Source: Basidiobolus meristosporus CBS 931.73 (Eukaryota; Fungi; Basidiobolomycota). Taken from it: DNA of 64,000 bases. The stretch is taken from assembly GCA_002104905.1 (NCBI GenBank), contig MCFE01000041.1, positions 1-64,000 on the forward strand, read 5' to 3'. Both the position numbers and the translations under genes were made by a program. Shown here in pieces: positions 1 through 13,594 of this stretch (position 1 is the first letter of the stretch; each line of letters opens with the position of its first letter). The notes beneath the pieces were generated by a model. It saw nothing but the letters and a program-made list of their open reading frames with translations. It did no database searches and was not told the DNA's origin.

Positions 1-1800
1 GGATTAAGTCCTGAGAGATCAGACTCCTCTACCTTAGAACCAGATTATACCTCAGACTTCACCACTGCAACAATCCACTGATCAAGCTCTGGAAGAGAAC
101 TCACCACAGTACACCTGGCTCCTGCTGGAGAACATACTTGGAGATCTAGATGTCAAGAAGCCTGTAAGTTATATCACGCAGTCAGAAAAGCCCATGCTTG
201 CCTACCTGAAATACTTGACTGACTTTTGGCAGCAATATCTAAAGCAGCACACTCCCTTTATGATGAGCATCAATCAATATCATGTTCCCCTCATTAATGT
301 TGTTGATGGTGAATTCTTACCCCACTTGCTACCCCCCTTCCCACTGAACAGTGCCTTAAGCACTGAACAGCTATCATTTCTATATATTAACTTGAATACA
401 AATTCCCCTCAACTACACACTCTTGAATCATAGCTACAACAGTAGCACTGGCTTCTTTGTTTCAACTGAGTTAGGGATTTCACCTGTTGGTCACTGTCTC
501 TCCCCCAACCCTAACCCTAACAAATAAATATTTCACCAACATAGTGACATTCCCTCCCCCAAGACATAGATAACTTGGAAATATAGTACCACTCAGCATA
601 TCAACTCTCTGACCCAGCTTAAGAATAAGATACCTCTCAAACCTAACTCTCTAGAAATAACTTCAGATTAACTTGGCTTCATTATACTTATAAGTAAATA
701 AGATTTCACCACAATGGTGACTTTCCCTGCACTATGTTGTATGAGTCTTGGAGATATTGGAAGTGCTTGGGAGGACAAGTGAATTATGTGGTTTTCACTC
801 AATGATTTATTGAATGCAAAGTAATATTCATACTTTTACATGGTCTTGGCATAACAAACCTATGGAATAGGTGTTTGGAAGGTCACAAGTGCTGCAATAT
901 TCTGAGGAGTATTGGAAGTGATGTGGGGAACTAGAGGATTTACATGTTATTCACTTGTAGATTTATTGTTCAAAAGTATGGTATTTATACTTTGGATGAA
1001 GTAGAGCAAAAGAACATGTAGAGTTTGTTAAGGAAGGTCCCAAGAATATGTGTGCAAAGTTTGGGGGCTTTTGGACAACTTTGAGTAAGATCATAATCTG
1101 GGTACCAGATAATTTGGTGAAAATATTCCAAGTAAATTCCGACAAGAAATTTGGTCAGGACAGAATGCTAATCAAAGAACAAGATATATGTAACTAAGTT
1201 AGCATGAGTATTTTGGTGACAACTTAATAATTACAACAACAAGAACATGTGTGCAAAGTTTGGGGCTGTTTGGACAATTTTGAGAGTTTTCATGTTCAGG
1301 GTACCTGATATTTTGGTGAAAATATTCCAGGAAAATCCCAACAAGGAATTTGGTCAGTATTCTCTAGGATTTGAAGGTAATGATCTAAGTGACCAAGTTA
1401 GGTGAATGCTTAGGTGGAATTACAAATTTTTACAACACACCAACCTTAGTAATCTTTCTTGTAAGCTTTGACCAAATGGCATTTATCTAAAAAGCTACAT
1501 ATATAGCACTTGGCTTCTTAACATTGGGTTACTGAGCTAAGGATTTCACCTGTCATTAATTGTTACCCCCTCCTAGCCCTAAACCTTTCTAAGTCCTTTA
1601 GTTGTCCCTTTAGTACCACTCAACTCTATTATAACTCTTCTTGAACTTAGTGACTGCTATAATCAGCTTTGACCAAATGACTTTTCTTTTATTTGTGAAA
1701 GAGCTATCCATGTAGCACTTGGAATCTTTATTTTGAATAATTGAAATAGAGATTGCACATGTTGGTGATTGTAACCCTTCCCCTAACCCTACGATTTTAA
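1..1800. repeat. Degenerate, almost CpG-free repeat/transposon relic with internal ~200-bp duplications
   Basis: Only 3 CpG counted in 1-1800. Direct duplications 1043-1158/1243-1357 (199-bp spacing) and 1464-1585/1665-1791 (201-bp spacing). Recurrent GATTTCACC...CCCTAACCCT module at about 474-520, 1541-1585 and 1750-1791. No credible ORF. Confidence 0.8.
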
Positions 1801-2603
1801 GGAGAATCAATGTTTAAAGTTGAATTCGTAATCATTCCCCGTGTGGCATCCACTTAACATTTGGACTGGTTTTAGCTGAAGGCTATTCCACTTCCGAACT
1901 GCCGTGGTAAAGCCACCAGATTTCTAAATATAGATTTCATGTACGTTCCTGTGTGATAACATTCTTCCATGCTATGTTTGGTTAAAAGGTAGCTATTCGG
2001 TACGGCATATTGACCTTGAACTTGAAAACCCAGGTAGCAAATTACCATTCCAGGGATCATGAAAAAAGGTCAGACTATCAACAAGATGCTGAGTATACGA
2101 TTTTTCTTTCCATCCTCAATAGTAAAACGTACTCAATATTTACAAAGGCTGGAGCAAGCACTAGCCGAGTGGCCTTGCAACAGCTAGAAGTGCCTAAAGC
2201 CAAAGTACTACGGTGGTCTCCGTGAGTGGATTGGGAAGTTTTTTCTCGCTTTTCTTGACGCTTGTTCCGCAACCTTGACATTAACGCAACCTTATATGCA
2301 TAAAATCTAGAACTCTTTCTTCAAACCATTTGTGAGGTTGAGCATTCACCATCGATGTGTTACGAATAATTTTCGCATGGCTTGCACAAGCGCAATAAGC
2401 GGCCAGCGTAACCTTGGTCTTCGATTTATGAACGGGATTCGGTACCGATTAAATGGCGGGTAATCATTCAGGATCTTCATTGAATATAGTTTAGCCACAA
2501 TGTCAATCCAAGAATGTATTCGCAGATCTAGCCAATTGCCAATCCAGGATTGTATTTGTCCTGCCAGCATATAAGCACTCGGTTTGCCGTTTTCTCGGCT
2601 GCA

Positions 2604-4334
2604 ATGTTCTTTCCAGTATTTTCAAAATGCCATGGGGCACATGTTGCTACAAGCTTATTTCGTTACCAACCTCTGCGCAGATTCTCCTCGACACCTACTT
2701 TCAGCGCAATATCTGAAGCACAATGCTGCGAGGACGATGATGTAGAGACCAAACACGGAGTCGTCTCTACCTTTGATATGTTTTCGATTGGCGTAGGGCC
2801 CTCCTCGAGGTATTCTTGTGGCAACTATGTATAGAACCATAAGTCTCCGTGTTCAACTAACCAAATACCCCTCTACAGTCATACTGTCGGGCCTATGCGT
2901 GCAGGTAAAATGTTCGTTGAAGAGCTGACTAGCCGCGGAATCCTTGAAAAAGTAAAAAAACTACGCATTGATTTGTATGGCTCTCTTGCTCTTACCGGTG
3001 TAGGCCATGCCACTCCAGAAGCAACGCTTATGGGAATAGAGGGGGAGTCCCCGGAGACTGTGGACACCAGTACGATCAAGTCCAGAGTGAAGACAATGGA
3101 AGATACAGAGATCATCCATCTAGATGGCATAAAAAAGATAAGGTTCAAACCGAGAGATGACTTACGCTTTCACTACTTTGAGAGCTTACCACATCATCCA
3201 AATGGTATGAGGTGCACTGTATATGATGAGAACGGAGATTTGCTGGCTACAAATGAATATTTTTCCATCGGTGGCGGCTTTATTTATCAAGAAAAATCCA
3301 ATGTAGCAGGCGCGGGTAATGCAAATGTCTACCTTCGAGGTGTGCATCCGAAAAAACCAAGTATTGTACTACCATTTCAAACCTCTCAGGAACTAATGGA
3401 AATATGCAACCGACAAAATATGACTATCGCGCAGGTAGTATACGAAAATGAGCTACAGTGGCGATCTGCGGATGAAATCAAAGAAAAACTCTTTTCCATT
3501 TGGAATGTCATGGATCTCTCTATTAAGAATGGCTGCTTTTCAAGTGAGAAGTATCTTCCTGGCCGTCTCAAGGCTCAACGCCGTGCACCAGTATTGTACC
3601 AAAAACTGCTTCGTGGTCTATACCCCTCCACCGATACCAATCAGCTCAGACCTGTTGGCGGTAATCCCCTTGTCGAGCATTTCGAGCCGTTTTCTCTCAG
3701 TAAGACTACTCTACCTAAACGCCATACTAAGCGTCTCTCGCTTCCGGCGCTGGACTATCTTTCGGTCTACGCCATAGCCGTTAACGAAGAGAATGCTGCT
3801 GGAGGTCGCGTAGTTACTGCGCCAACAAACGGTGCAGCTGGTGTGATACCTGCAGTGCTTAAATACTATCTCGAATTTATATCTGAGGATCCAGAAACGG
3901 ATGTCATGGAATTCTTACTTACTTCCGCCGCTATTGGTATGCTCTACAAGCGTGGTGCTAGTATTAGCGCCGCGGAGGTGGGTTGCCAAGGAGAAGTTGG
4001 TGTGGCTTGCAGTATGAGTGCTGCCGGTTTTGCTGCCGTAATGGGTGGTACACCGAAGCAAGTTGAAAACGCAGCAGAAATTGGTATGGAACATAACCTT
4101 GGATTGACCTGCGATCCGATTGATGGTCTCGTACAAATACCCTGCATAGAGAGAAACGCGCTTGGAGCTGTCAAGGCTGTTACTGCAGCTCAATTGGCCC
4201 TTCATGGGGATGGATTGCACAGGGTTGCTCTTGATCAAGTGATCAAGTCTATGAAACAAACTGGACTAGATATGCAATCGAAATATAAAGAGACTTCTCA
4301 GGGAGGGCTGGCAGTCAACGTACCAGCATGCTAA
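2604..4334 (+). CDS. sdaA: Fe-S-dependent L-serine dehydratase (SdaA/SdaB/TdcG-type, fused beta+alpha), 2 exons, putative mitochondrial presequence
   Basis: Exon 1 2604-2809, GT-AG intron 2810-2878 (CTAAC branch), exon 2 2879-4334. Splicing rebuilds [23 protein letters not shown]. Contains [18 protein letters not shown] and [17 protein letters not shown] (4Fe-4S cysteines) and ends [13 protein letters not shown]-terminus is R/S-rich and acid-poor. Confidence 0.93.
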
Positions 4335-6058
4335 ACCACTACGCTTTAACATATCCCAGAGGATGCACCCCTTTTAAGGATTGTACTACAGTCCAATGTA
4401 TATAATAGACTCCCTCTCATAATAATGGATATAGCCAGATGAAGGATACTTGCAAACCTACCATAGGCAACGCTCAATCTATTCATATTAAGCTAGACTG
4501 TGCTCAAAGAATGCCAATAAACAAGGGTGGTTGGTGGTAAATGCCTACTCGACGAAATTAGAGTCACAAAAGCCCGTCTCGAGTTGATAGGTCAGCGCCA
4601 GATGCACTAATCGCCAAAACTCGCAATGGCTGCTCAAATGACACATCACAAGGCGTTACCCAAGGGCTGAACAACACTCTCAGAAACTATAAACCGCCGA
4701 TCACCATCTGATACACCTAGATCTCGCAACATCAATACTGCTTACCAGTGGAAGGTAGAGAGATAATAGAGAAAGAGATGAGTGGATTGGCTAACGATGC
4801 GCTGTGTTGCGAGTGTATCAAGAACTAGATAGATGTATTTGATTAGTATGCTGAGAACTACACTGGCTAGTTTTCAAACTTGACCAATATCTTACTAGTT
4901 AAAAAGAGTTATAGTTATCGATCTGATTCATTGTATATATGGATTCCCATTTTTCCATATTTCATCCCTTTATACTCCAAGCACTTATAAATAGCATAGT
5001 CTGAGCCCAACCGATGAACCATCTCTACTTCAACAATACTGCGTTAGTGAGGATGGAACCCGCTCTGGTTCTGGTGACCACCTGGTTGCAATTCGTTTTA
5101 TCCTATGGGAGGACTTTCATTGGGCTTTGATACCACTCAGTATTTAGAGTGTTGCGACCAATATACTTGCATAATATTACTACCAATGTTCTGTGTCAAT
5201 CCGAAACTACCTGCACTTTTCATGGTGTCAAATAAAAGCATAGCCAAGCCGTGTTTCAAATCGGCTCACTGTTGGTACTTCACGAAGTGTGGATGAACGC
5301 ACTTCGCCCTCAAGTCTGCAGGTCGGTGGGTGTGGCAATAGAAGAACCATTTGAGGACCGAACGATACATTTAACAACAGAGAAATACTTGGTATGCCAT
5401 TTTTGGATATAGTGGGTGATTTATTGGACAGGACATATCATTGTCGGATTTTTGAGCACTGGATTATATGAGTACTGAAGCGCCTATTGTGATCATTCTA
5501 CGGTATGTTCCTCGTGCTCAAATAATACCCAAGGCACAGCTGGACTAATATCGCTCTTTGTCAATTGCTTCATATGGTATCATCGTGAATGTATAAGGTC
5601 GCGTCAATCATCTGAACAACTGGACAACAAACACTGGCATCCATATAATACACCTTTGTATATATGCTCCTGAAGCATATATTCAAATGAAGGCCACAAC
5701 ACGGTTATGATTGGATATCAATTAATTAAGAACGAACACCAACTTTAAAATATCCATATCAACCATTAAACTTTGCTCAATTAAGCAAATGACATTTAAG
5801 GATGTCACTCATACCCCAAGGGTATTCACTAGTACATGGCATTAATGTCTTAAATATGAAGCCACGGGTTATCGGTGATTTTTACTGACTATTTCGAAGA
5901 GACATAAAACGCAGGCACCTTTGGTATTGTCTAGCCTTTTGTCCTTAATCCAGTTTTCATAATTACTCCTGTATAATTCTTCCACTTAACCTTGGATTAT
6001 TTCCTTTTAACCCAGTCAATCCTTCCAAATTGAACTTCACGACAAGATCATAGTAACC

Positions 6059-8688
6059 ATGTTGACTTCGGTAAAATTCAATTCTGAACCATTCGAAGAT
6101 AGCGTAGCCTAAGCACTCTTGAGACCCCGCTAATAGTTTTTGACTGCTAGGCTGCTGAAACTGATCCCGACAAGATATATACAGTATTAGAAAAATTGGG
6201 CAGCGGCTCCTTTGGCACCGTTTACAAAGGGTAAAATAAGTCTCTTATCTTGTTGTGGTTGCATCTAAAATTTTTCCCTTCCCTTTTCCTCTCAACTTCC
6301 TACTCAAAGAATACATAACGAGTCTAAACAGCTAGTAGCAATAAAAAAGATTGACCTAGAGACTGCTGAAGACGATATAACCGACATTCAACAAGAGATT
6401 GCCCTACTATCACAGTGTAATTCCGACTACATTACGCGGTATTATCACTCTTACGTCAAAGGATTTAAACTCTGGATTGGTAAATAGGCTTAGATATTAT
6501 CATACGCTGAATATGACAGCACTATTTCGATACTAACGATTTATTTTAGTAATGGAATATATGTCAGGTGGCTCTTGTCTAGATTTGGTAAACGCTACTT
6601 CTATTTGTATATACTGTCTCCGGATGAGCTTTGATGGATCAATGGATTTGCTGGCCTTCCCGAGGGGAAGAAAATAACATTGCTAAATTTTATTTCAGCT
6701 CAAACCAGGCCCTTTTCCAGAACCATTGATCGCTGTCACAGTGCGCGAATTGTTGATGGGTTTGGATTACTTACATTCGGAGGGGAAAATCCATCGAGAT
6801 ATAAAATGTATGCCTTCTTGTGACTGTCGTTGTGCAAAATGAGCTACTGACCTTGTTCATAGGTGCCAATATCCTACTCTCTGAGTTTGGAAATGTGAAA
6901 TTAGGTAAGTGCTTCATTTTTCATGGTCTGGATATCGATGCAGTTCTCTAAGCGGTTGGTTTACAGCTGACTTTGGTGTAGCAGCGCAATTGGCGCATCA
7001 GAAAAGTCAACGCCGAACCTTTGTGGGGACTCCGGTACGCATGCGAAATAGTGAAATCTCATTTGTGCACAATAATTTACTGATTCTACAATAGTTCTGG
7101 ATGGCACCTGAAGTCATTCAACAAACTGGTTACGATTCAAAGGTAAGTAGGGAATAGAACTTCCTCTTAGCGGTGTGCTGATCGCTTATTCTCCAATGTT
7201 AGGCTGATATCTGGTCGTTGGGCATTACCGCAATCGAGATGGCTCAAGGACAACCACCATTTGCAGATCATCATCCAATGCGGGTGCTCTTTATGATTCC
7301 GAAGAATAAGCCGCCAGTATTGGAGGGCAATTTCTCACCAGAATTCAAGGATTTTGTCTCTTTATGCCTCACCAAAAACCCTAACGAAGTATGATTCCGC
7401 TAATCCCACTGGTCTCCATTTCTATAATTAATGTGAGCTTTCATGGGTACAGAGACCTTCAGCGAAAGAGCTTCTCAAACATCCATTTATCAATAACTCT
7501 CGAAAAGGCGTCTCCTGTCTGCAAGAGTTAATTGAGCAATACGAGCAATGGAAAATCCTGGAAAACGAAGATGACTCATTTGCAGAAAGTTGGCGCACAC
7601 CGTAAGTGTTCTGCTTACGTCAGGTTGATACTGTGCTAAAATGCAACGTATATATTAGAACTTTGGAGACTGAGGAGAATTACTATATGTCTTGGGACTT
7701 CGACACAATCCGAATGATCCATAAGACCGTTAAAGAGCTGGGTCCTGGTACAAGAGTATGATTATGCATGATGCTCTTATCACGATGCTCAGGTTGGACT
7801 AATTCGCCTCGCACTTTGATGTAGACCTCGGTAATATCTGAAGCAACTATATCACTAGCTGAGGTAGAACGATTCTTTGACGCTACCAGTGCTATAGATT
7901 GGTAAGAGATATTTAATATCAAACCTAATCCGTTGATTTTTTTAATAGAAATCTATTTAGGTCCGAAACTGTTAAGCCTGGGAATTTTCAGTTACCAGGC
8001 GGTGAGACTGGCGATCGTAATAAGCGAATTGCGGAGCTGGAGGAGACTGGCCGGAATCTTGCAAACTACGTAGTCCTTCCTACAGTAGTAAAGGTTAGAA
8101 CTACCTACTTGCTTGTCTAGATGTCCAGCTTACTAAGGGACGGAATTGTGCAGGTGAAGAAGCAGAATCCTGACGCAACAAATCCGCTGAATATGATAGC
8201 TATGGGATTTGAGCAATTGAAGCAGACAAAGCCTGATGTGGTTGAGGAGATGATTACCGAATTATGGGAAAATTTAAAAAGGTATTGGGGTTTATCAAAT
8301 GACTTTCCAAATACGGAATACTTGTTGCCGTCTGACCATCACGCTGACCATCACTCATAGGAATCCTGAACTTTATTCTAATATCAACAAAACTGGAACA
8401 TGGAAATATGGAAGTCAACGTAGTCAACGTCAGAACCTTCCATCGTTTCAGGGCCAAAATTCCTATGGAAACGATACTCAACACACTACCGCCACCACCG
8501 TGACTGGTGTATCAATGTCTTCGGTGATAATCAAGGAAGATGAGCCAATTGTATCACCAACGGCTAACCTACTAAACCCACTATCGCCAACAAAGGGAAA
8601 TCTCCCAGCCAACACTGAACCGGCTACTCCAAAGAACTCCTTTGTAGATTTTTTGATGAATGGACTTGGGCTCAGATGGGGCAACTAA
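6059..8688 (+). CDS. Ste20/GCK-family Ser/Thr kinase, Sid1-like (STK24/25/26-related); about 13 introns
   Basis: Spliced exons give [98 protein letters not shown]. Post-kinase WDFDT motif; ends LGLRWGN* at 8688. Sid1 subfamily call is from recalled motifs. Confidence 0.88.
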
Positions 8689-9224
8689 CTCCACCCAACA
8701 CATACTTTAAACAGGTGATACAGTGAGTACATCTTTACCTTCATGGAACTTCTTAATAAATCGAATCATCCATCATGTTGCACGAATCCAAAACGAGTTG
8801 AAAATGGCTGATTCTTGTCGTATCTTTTACGTGTGCAGACGAAGGATGCACAGAAGACAAGTGCAAAGGAACACTTGAGATTCCCTGTAAACCTAGCATA
8901 AAATGTTTATTGTTTAAATTGTCGTATACGTGTAATGGGTGAATGGTTTAGTAGCTACAAGATTTCTGTATATACTATCCACACATTCATAGCAAACAAC
9001 AATTTGGGAAGAAGCTGAATGCGTCAAGGTACACACCAAACTAAATGTGAGAACCAGTTGAGAAAGGATGGAAATACCAGCACTATGAAGAGTACCGTAA
9101 TTTCAATGAAGCGGCATGTAGTATGTAGACGGGTTGGAGATTAATGACAGAAGTATATCAACCAAGTAAAGCTCCTGGGCCTGCATATATACATAAGACA
9201 AACATTCAGAAAGGAGCCAATCCT

Positions 9225-9759
<535 letters not shown>

Positions 9760-11023
9760 CTTTGAAAGTACGTATAGAGTTTAGTGAGATGTGGGCGGCA
9801 AAAAAGAGAGCTTAGAGTTGGCTTTAAGGGAGCGAGAATATGAAGGTGGCGTAGTTATAGATATTCCTTCTTTGCTAGCGTTTATTGGGTAACTTGAGAT
9901 ACCAAGGGTTCTACGAAAATGGGAGGGAGTAGGAAGATATAAAGGACCTCGACAGGTAAAATAAGGGGACCTGAATGTAAAACAAAAAGGGATTTAACAA
10001 TCTGAATTACAGTGGGACCCCTTACTTGATCAATTGGTAAGTGGTAATCACCATATTTAGAAGCAAATGACCAGCACAGCCCTTGATTGCGGTAAAAATT
10101 GATTGGTAGGAATTACGTCGTAAGGAGTCAACAGGAATTATTTTCATTTATTAGCATGTCACCCTAGTCACCACATTGATGCACAGCTTTGTTGATCTTT
10201 GATTATTATCACCGCAAGAGAAATTGGTCGACTGGCTCAGCCACCCATGGACTGCCGCTAAGTAATTGTGGGCATGATGAATGCGAATATAATGCCTTCT
10301 GTTCAACAATTGATCACGTGCTTTTGAGACAGTCACATTCGCCATGGGGGGGGGGTTTATTACAGGTCAGTGGTAATCAGCATTTAGCTTGCGGTAACTT
10401 CTGAACACTAAACCATGCCTTTCAAAGGATGTCGTTTCCTCTCTGGATTATTGGATAGCGCCTTCGACATCCCCTGTTGCTAGTATAATCACGAATTGTG
10501 TTTTTGTCTAGTATGTCACCTGGCTGATAAATCCATCTGCCGTAGCTAGTCCCAGCACTCGATTAACAAAGAGGGCATTTGTCCAATGGCTGCATCCATC
10601 AATATTGATATATCAAGTGGTTCTCGAATATTGAAATGTTTGTGGCAGTATGGTGCACATGAAGCCGATACAAAGAAGCCGAACTTCCGCCATTGACCGA
10701 ATCATTCATTTCGGCGACCAAACGGAAACTTGCATCGTTTTATCGAGAGCATTCTACATTTCATCTAATAGAGCGTTTTTACTCCACCCTTAATTATCCT
10801 TTACTCTAGTGTGTTTGTAACTCAGTCATTTTTGTTCTGGGACTTTCATTATTGTATTCTTCTACAGTAGTCTCAACAAATACCACTCGAGTCTGTGCAT
10901 ACCTGGACAATCTGGCTATATTTATTACCCACTCTATAAACCGATTCAAGTCATCACCATATCTGTGACAGTAATTTCCTAAGTTTGAGAGATCTGGGGT
11001 TTAAAAGATAGCCATAGTGCATT

Positions 11024-13594
11024 ATGGATTCTAGAGAGCCTTTGACTTCCTCCACAACCACGGCACCCATGGGGCAGGAGGAGAAAAGCTTATTGGAATC
11101 GATGCAGGTGAAGTTGAACATCACTATACCTGGGCGAAGTGAATCTTCCGATTTGCCTGAGGATAATCCGTGGGCGGACTGTCCTCCTAGTCCTCTCTCC
11201 CAGAAATACATTGATTCTATTCACCGGCTAGAAAATGTGTAGGTTTTTCTGCAACTTTTTGGATTGATCTCATTGTCTGATTGGTTTACAAGCAAAAGTG
11301 TTCTAAACTTGCCATCATATTCATAGTGAAACTAATGAGGTCGAGACGCCACACACCCCTACGGACTCACCTACTGCCGAATTGCCTGCTCACTCTGCGA
11401 GCCTAACTTGGGAGAACTCCTTTCATACGCACACGGAGAGTACTAATGCTGACATCTCTACCGAGTACTCTACTTCCCCAATCTCGGCACCCGGTAATTT
11501 GGCTAAATTCAACACTAGCACACATATAGTTGTAGGTACTAACACCCACTTAGAGGTCCCTTCAGTACCAGTAAGGTTGATTGGAAAAAAGACCGAGTCG
11601 CCGCCTGATAACAAGAGTAAAACCCCAAACTCATGTAATCTCTCGTCGGACTCGAAAGAAATACCTGGGCCATATTCGGGGTTTTCTAGCCCAGTACTAA
11701 GTGATGGGTCGGACGGTGGTAGAAATATTACTCCAGGGCCATCTTCACATCAGGATCCAGAACGATTTGAGTACAATCGTTTTCTAGAGCAAATGCGTGA
11801 CAAAAACGCGGCTGTTGTGGCTCGCTACTTGAAAAGGTAGGAAGAATGATCATGTGGGTGTAGCGCCTGTGTAAACTAAAACATTGGCGCAGTTTTCTAA
11901 GAGATTTTGGTCGCAAACCTCTATCCGTCAACGAGCAAATCAAAACCATTCACGAGTTTCTTGATGTAAGTCAGACCTGAAATACAGAAGACGCGCAAAC
12001 TAATAGATTAGCTACACAGAGCATATCACTGAAGATGCAAGGATGTGAGCTCTGGCAAAATGCGACAGAGAAAGAATTTGAAAACGCTACTGAAGGAATG
12101 GAAAAGTTGGTCATGAACCGACTTTATAAATAGTAAGAGAATGTCTACGTTTCTTCCGAGGGCACAAATCCTTACCGGAACTAGTGCTTTTTGTCCAGTC
12201 ACTACCGACGACGCGGAAAAAGACGAGGTGTTAAGTCAAAGAATTCAACTCTACAGATGGGTTCGCGAAGAGCATCTCGATATTCCTGCCAATAGTCATA
12301 ACGAATCATTCTTGCAATTTGCTCAAGCCGGTAGGCATTTCCCTGTCCTCCCCCCTGCTATCGTCGATGCTAATAATAGGGTGTACCTAGAGCTATTGAA
12401 AATGAACCATTACAAAGCCCCGCGCGATAAGCTAATATGCATTCTGAACTGTTGCATCATCATCTTTGATATCCTTTTTACTGTTTACTGCCGCCTCGCG
12501 AAAACCCATGTGCACCAACATCTTTAACTCTGATCTACGATTGTTAAAGCATTTGAATACCGACACCAGCGCCGATAGATTCCTGCCGGTTCTGATTCTG
12601 GTAGTCATTAGAGCCAATCCATCAAAACTCATCTCCAATGTACAGTATGTACCGTCATACTTAGCTGCTTACCTGGTCATCCCGCTCATACATTCTTAGA
12701 TATATTTCGCGCTTCAGGAACCCAGACAAACTCCAATCCGAAGCAGGTTATTACTTGACCAATCTGGTATGTTTCCTTTGCATGGCGTGTAGGTTAGTGC
12801 GATTGATGATTAATGGCCTGTCAGATGGGAGCAATCTCCTTCATTGAAAGTATGGATTGCAAGTCGCTCTCTATTTCCGTGGATGAGTTCAACCGGTATT
12901 GTGCTCTAATCTATCTCAGCTGTGAGATGCGCCACTCACGATTCTCTGCCGTTACAGACACATTGACCAAACGGTAGAGGAAATTTCCCCCAAGCAAACC
13001 CTACCGGAGCCGCTAAGCCGATCATTAAGCTGTGATACTTCCATCAATGCGATTTCTACCCCTAATCAGAAGAATCCTCGGCATTCATTTGAGCCGTCTA
13101 GCAAATCCCACTCACTTCGCCAGAGTGCTCGTCCTGCTAGTACAATATCTCGTTTCCTCTCCGATATCGAAAGCGAAGATGCTGTTACCATCAAAACCCC
13201 CAGCAGATCTCAACCTACGTCAACACACCCAACGCCTTATAGATTGCCCAGAAGTGGCGATAAGCCCAGTATCTCTAGTCTTCGTGAAGCGAGAGGCTTT
13301 AACAGCCTATCCTCACCGCTAAGTGCACGAAAAAGATCCTCCACTGTTGGCCCAACTTATCCAACCACGCCCCTTCGGAAATCGCCTACGTCTGAAAGAA
13401 CACCAGGTTCTTCGGTGGATTATAGTAAAGCATTGGCCATCCTAAAGGATATGTTCACCACTATCGATCCAGCGACTTGTGAATCCATTCTTCACGCTAA
13501 CAAGGGTCATCTGCAGCCATCCATTGAAGCTTTATTAGACATTTCTACCAAAAACATGGTGGCATCCAGTGTGGAGATGAATCAGTTTCACTAA
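11024..13594 (+). CDS. VPS9: Vps9/Rabex-5-type Rab5 GEF with C-terminal CUE domain
   Basis: Exons encode [72 protein letters not shown] (VPS9 domain). C-terminal LKDMFTTIDPATCESILHANKGHLQPSIEALLDIS is CUE-like. The 5' exon boundaries are less certain. Confidence 0.92.
12469..12538 (+). other. U12-type (minor spliceosome) AT-AC intron in VPS9
   Basis: 5' end ATATCCTTTT (12469), branch-like TCTTTAAC (12521-12528), 3' end TCTAC (12538). Removing the 70 nt joins TTT G|GA TTG into IIIF-G-LLKHL and restores the frame. Confidence 0.9.

Noticed and set aside
1850-2300. Short ORFs upstream of the serine dehydratase
   Set aside because: No recognisable homology or coherent exon chain.
5010-5700. Possible decayed transporter gene (GGLSLGFDT resembles the sugar-porter GGLLFGYDT; one GTATGT..CACAG intron-like segment)
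   Set aside because: No consistent frame or second motif could be assembled.
10150-10750. Protein-like minus-strand fragment (DGCSHWTNALFVNRVLGLATADGF) between ATG8 and VPS9
   Set aside because: It is short and stop-bounded and I could not assign a family; it may be promoter DNA.
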